Shown here in pieces: positions 61,533 to 64,000 of a stretch of 64,000 nucleotides of DNA (position 1 is the stretch's first letter; each line of letters starts with the position of its first letter). Made by a program: the position numbers and the translations under genes. Source of the stretch: Escherichia coli (GTDB lineage Bacteria; Pseudomonadota; Gammaproteobacteria; Enterobacterales; Enterobacteriaceae); NCBI RefSeq assembly GCF_030013595.1, contig NZ_CP122770.1; one strand, 5' to 3'. Below the pieces are notes generated by a model. The model searched no databases, had not been told where the DNA came from, and was given only the letters and a program-made list of their open reading frames with translations.

Positions 61533-61748
61533 TTACCGATAAATTCGACCAAGTGCTTTAATCGCAGCAATTTTTATTTCCATATCATCACTTTGACTCA
61601 ATCTATGTAATTCACGAGTAATGTTCTCCGCCTGACACCGGCCTTCACCTAATGCATAGATCGCAGCAAGTGTAACGTCTTTTGATTTACTCTTCATCAT
61701 TTCAAACAAGAAAGTATTAGCTATCGCAGGAGGCATGCTCATAATCAA
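61533..61748 (-). CDS. Hypothetical small protein convergent with excA
   Basis: 71-aa ORF with two helical-repeat-like segments (AIYALGEG / AAIKALGRI); weak support. Confidence 0.25.
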   Translation of the reverse strand: MIMSMPPAIANTFLFEMMKSKSKDVTLAAIYALGEGRCQAENITRELHRLSQSDDMEIKIAAIKALGRIYR

Positions 61749-61976
61749 TCCTCTTCATGAAATAAACAATGGCACTCACTTACAAACAGGAGTCCACTAT
61801 CGCAAGCGACTCAACTTAGCAATATCTCTCAATTTGAATGAAAAAACCAGATGGCATGTGACAGGGAACCGTCCGCATGATGTCCGTGACCATTTAACCC
61901 CATAAGCTAACCTTGTCACAAACGGGCGCAGAACAGCCTGCCAGACAGACAACAAAACAAAAGTCCAAGATAAAAC

Positions 61977-62105
61977 ATGAATACCGGTATCTCAATGCGA
62001 AGAAATAATCTCCGTAGAAACCCCCATGAGAAAAATATCATATGGGAGAAAATCGCAATTATCACAGCCAGCGCATTCATTATTTTCGCTGTGCTCTGGC
62101 ATTAA
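61977..62105 (+). CDS. Candidate small membrane peptide (42 aa from ATG 61977; 36 aa from ATG 61995)
   Basis: Charged N-terminus (RRNNLRRNPHEKN) followed by one hydrophobic helix (IAIITASAFIIFAVLW); below the ORF-track size cut-off; weak RBS. Confidence 0.25.
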   Translation: MNTGISMRRNNLRRNPHEKNIIWEKIAIITASAFIIFAVLWH

Positions 62106-62133
62106 TTATTTTCAACACAAAAAGGAAAAAACA

Positions 62134-62310
62134 ATGAATCTGGTAGACGCCTTTGTCAAAAAAGTAATATCCGGGCCATATGAAGAATATGGAAAATGGT
62201 GGATAGATGTTGAATACATTTCATGGGGTGTTCCCGGGAAAACAAGACTGATGTTTGAGTCAAAGGAGCAGGCACTGGAAGTTAAAGAAGGGTACAAATT
62301 TTTAACGTGA
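62134..62310 (+). CDS. Hypothetical 58-aa protein
   Basis: ATG 62134 preceded by AAAAGGAAAAAACA RBS; MNLVDAFVKKVISGPYEEYGKWWIDVEY... Confidence 0.4.
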   Translation: MNLVDAFVKKVISGPYEEYGKWWIDVEYISWGVPGKTRLMFESKEQALEVKEGYKFLT

Positions 62311-62371
62311 GATCTCTTTTTTGATTAGCAGGATTTTTGACATAGTGTGGGACAAAGCATAGAATTGATTA

Positions 62372-62459
62372 TGTTAGATACAGACTGTCTTTTCCCGCCC
62401 AGAGCAACCAACTCTGTAGCGGAACAGTAAAAAAGCCGACCTCACCAGTCGGTTTTTTT
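62372..62459 (+). ncRNA. Candidate small RNA unit 1 (promoter to intrinsic terminator, about 88 nt)
   Basis: Sigma70-like promoter TTGACA (62337-62342), 17-nt spacer, TAGAAT (62360-62365); hairpin CAGAG-caaccaa-CTCTG; terminator GCCGAC-ctcacca-GTCGG plus T7 (62435-62459). Confidence 0.35.
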
Positions 62460-62618
62460 ACATCTGTTGTTTCTGCAAATCCGCCCCACCATGCCTGTTA
62501 TACCGGGAAGACTCATGTTCTGGTTACCGTCATCACGACAGAAGTGTCGCCAGACAGTGCTAACCTGCGGATTACAAGGGTGGTTGTTATCAAATGAACA
62601 GAACACTATTATAAGAAC

Positions 62619-62705
62619 GTTAGCTGAAAAGAGATTTCCTCCAGTCAGGGCCACCAACTCTGTAACGGAACAGTAAGAAAACCGACCTCATCAGTCGGTT
62701 TTTTT
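62619..62705 (+). ncRNA. Candidate small RNA unit 2 (paralogue of unit 1)
   Basis: Promoter TTGTTA (62584-62589), 17-nt spacer, TATTAT (62607-62612); conserved 3' block CCACCAACTCTGTAACGGAACAGTAA and terminator (62681-62705). Confidence 0.3.
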
Positions 62706-62771
62706 ACATTTATTACTTCTGAGTAACGACAAGCTGTACGTAGCAAGCTCCCTCTGGCGTGGAGGACGTCA

Positions 62772-62915
62772 GCGGGCTACTATAATGTTGTCTAGGCATT
62801 ACAGTAGAGCCCTTGGTTGATTGATAGAACAATCTCCCGGGGCTTTCACAAACGCTTTCAGCTTACAGCCTCAAGCTCCCCACCGCGATTTTGACGACTT
62901 TCGTATTTTGCAACA
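62772..62915 (+). ncRNA. Toxin-less duplicate of the pnd antisense/leader region (putative orphan Sok/PndB-like antisense RNA)
   Basis: About 85 percent identical over roughly 150 bp to 63735-63900, including the promoter-in-hairpin GGGCTACTATAATG...CATTACAGTAGAGCCC; the minus strand has only a truncated 28-codon mok-like ORF and no hok-like ORF. Confidence 0.4.
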
Positions 62916-62990
62916 ATATCAGGTGGTCAGCCTTTCCCGTAAACTTATGGCATGTTGCATTAATCAGGTAGAACAAATTATCATTTTTAG

Positions 62991-63078
62991 CGTCAGTTAT
63001 AGACAGCTCTTTTCTGGTCAGAGTCATCAACTTTGTAGCGTAACAGTAAAAAAGCCGGCCTCACCAGTCGGTTTTTTT
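62991..63078 (+). ncRNA. Candidate small RNA unit 3 (paralogue of units 1 and 2)
   Basis: Promoter TTGCAT (62955-62960), 18-nt spacer, TATCAT (62979-62984); hairpin CAGAG-tcatcaa-CTTTG; terminator GCCGGCctcaccaGTCGG plus T7 (63053-63078). Confidence 0.35.
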
Positions 63079-63233
63079 ACGTCTTTTGTATCTGCAAAAT
63101 CCGCCCCGCCATGCCCGTCACACCGGGGAAACTCATGCTCTGAACCTGAACCAGCCATCTCAACTTTGCCGTCTTCTGAAAAAACTGGCACATTCAGTTC
63201 GATAACTACCCATAAATACAGAGAGAAAATCCG

Positions 63234-63485
63234 ATGTCAGAAAAGTGGAGTAAAGAATTCGACTCTTGCTTTCAGGTGGGGAGCATAGAAGAAATTGCCG
63301 ATGCTCTCGAGAAACGCAGCGGAAGCGAGGAAAACGCGTTAGCCATGCTGGCAATGACAGCCTTCACACTCATGACCCGACGTGGTATCTGCGAAATGCA
63401 GAACGTGGCCCCCGATGGCAAAGGCATTCGGCTGGAGCTAATCGGCTTCAGGGGAAATGAAACAATACCGGATACGCTTCATTGA
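63234..63485 (+). CDS. Hypothetical 83-aa protein
   Basis: ORF followed by hairpin GCGGCGGCAG-aaaacc-CTGCCGCCG (63523-63548) that could also terminate the convergent pnd transcript; RBS weak. Confidence 0.3.
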   Translation: MSEKWSKEFDSCFQVGSIEEIADALEKRSGSEENALAMLAMTAFTLMTRRGICEMQNVAPDGKGIRLELIGFRGNETIPDTLH

Positions 63486-63556
63486 AGAAGAAAGGGCGCA
63501 ATGAGGTCAGCCTTCGCAACAAAGCGGCGGCAGAAAACCTGCCGCCGTGTTGCCCG

Positions 63557-63709
63557 TTAACGTTTAACTTCGTAGGCTAACGTTGCCACAAGCACTGTGT
63601 TTCCCTGCTGGAGCCGGAGTACGCAAAGCGAATCCCTCACCATCCAGACAAAACACAGAATCGTCACACAGATGACGATTAACATCATTAAAAACGTTCG
63701 CTGTGGCAT
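63557..63709 (-). CDS. pndA: PndA, Hok/Gef-family type I toxin (50 aa)
   Basis: MPQRTFLMMLIVICVTILCFVWMVRDSLCVLRLQQGNTVLVATLAYEVKR, matching the Hok family TM helix, SLC motif and LAYE C-terminus; found by manual translation (below the ORF-track cut-off). Confidence 0.9.
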   Translation of the reverse strand: MPQRTFLMMLIVICVTILCFVWMVRDSLCVLRLQQGNTVLVATLAYEVKR

Positions 63710-63767
63710 CATAGCCCCTCCATTGCCTTACGGCGGTTATCGGGCTACTATAATGTTGTCGAAGCAT
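63564..63767 (-). CDS. pndC: PndC, Mok-like overlapping reading frame needed for pndA translation
   Basis: ORF in another frame overlapping nearly all of pndA and ending 7 nt before its stop; start taken at the internal ATG (63767) within the antisense target region; start uncertain (ORF-track ATG at 63848). Confidence 0.45.
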   Translation of the reverse strand: MLRQHYSSPITAVRQWRGYDATANVFNDVNRHLCDDSVFCLDGEGFALRTPAPAGKHSACGNVSLRS

Positions 63768-63815
63768 TACAGTAGAGCCCTTGGTTGATTGATAAAAAAA
63801 TCTCCAGGGGCTTTC
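63748..63815 (+). ncRNA. pndB: PndB/Sok-like antisense RNA with promoter embedded in a hairpin
   Basis: TATAAT at 63748-63753 on the strand opposite pndCA; predicted transcript overlaps the pndC start region and ends at stem CCCTTGG...CCAGGGG followed by CTTTCT. Confidence 0.45.
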
Positions 63816-64000
63816 TGCTGTATACCGTCCACAAAACGCTTTCGGCATACAGCCTCAAGCGCCCGCAGCTATTCTAACGACTTTCGTATCTGCAACAATC
63901 CTTTTATCACACGGCTAATTCCTCTGGTTAGCTCTTATCGCCTGCAAATAAATTTTTAACCTTTCCGTTTGATTTAAATTCCAGAAATGGAGACTTTGTC

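Noticed and set aside
61750-62110. Search for a second Hok-family toxin near excA
   Set aside because: The only hydrophobic peptide there (about 40 aa) lacks the Hok N-terminal helix/SLC/LAYE pattern; kept only as a low-confidence small ORF.
62821-63288. 155-aa plus-strand ORF spanning the repeat region
   Set aside because: Begins at a non-ATG codon and reads straight through an intrinsic terminator and two repeat units; better explained as non-coding.

Overview
This window reads as a contiguous segment of an IncI1-type (ColIb-P9/R64-like) conjugative plasmid, not a chromosome. Left to right: a type II partition locus (parM-parR, with parM frameshifted in an A7 run) next to a type Ib ParA/RHH locus; a ResD-like tyrosine recombinase; a GC-rich two-gene module of unknown function; an IS66-family element (6019..8722, 8-bp target duplication GGGCATAA) that has split a small membrane-protein gene; the colicin Ia-type operon with its SOS operator; a 448-aa unknown protein; a FinO/ProQ-domain protein; an AT-rich islet with a CysE-like acetyltransferase; a ParE/RelE toxin-antitoxin pair; the IncI1 replicon (oriV DnaA box, repZ, repY leader peptide, Inc antisense RNA hairpin); the traABCD regulatory genes including a NusG/RfaH-like paralogue; the thin-pilus operon pilL-pilV with a seven-repeat shufflon and rci; the Dot/Icm-like type IVB transfer genes traE-traK, a Nuc-like nuclease, the sog primase, traL-traY and excA; and a pnd (hok/sok-family) type I toxin locus. 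Gene names for tra/pil follow synteny and size and are from memory of R64, not from a search. The most interesting unexplained signals are (1) a roughly 120-nt element present three times ahead of regulatory/transfer operons, with a compensatory-change hairpin and an ops-like 3' motif, co-resident with the NusG paralogue; and (2) an array of three promoter-to-terminator units of about 88 nt plus a toxin-less duplicate of the pnd antisense region between excA and pnd. No CRISPR array, rRNA or tRNA was found.
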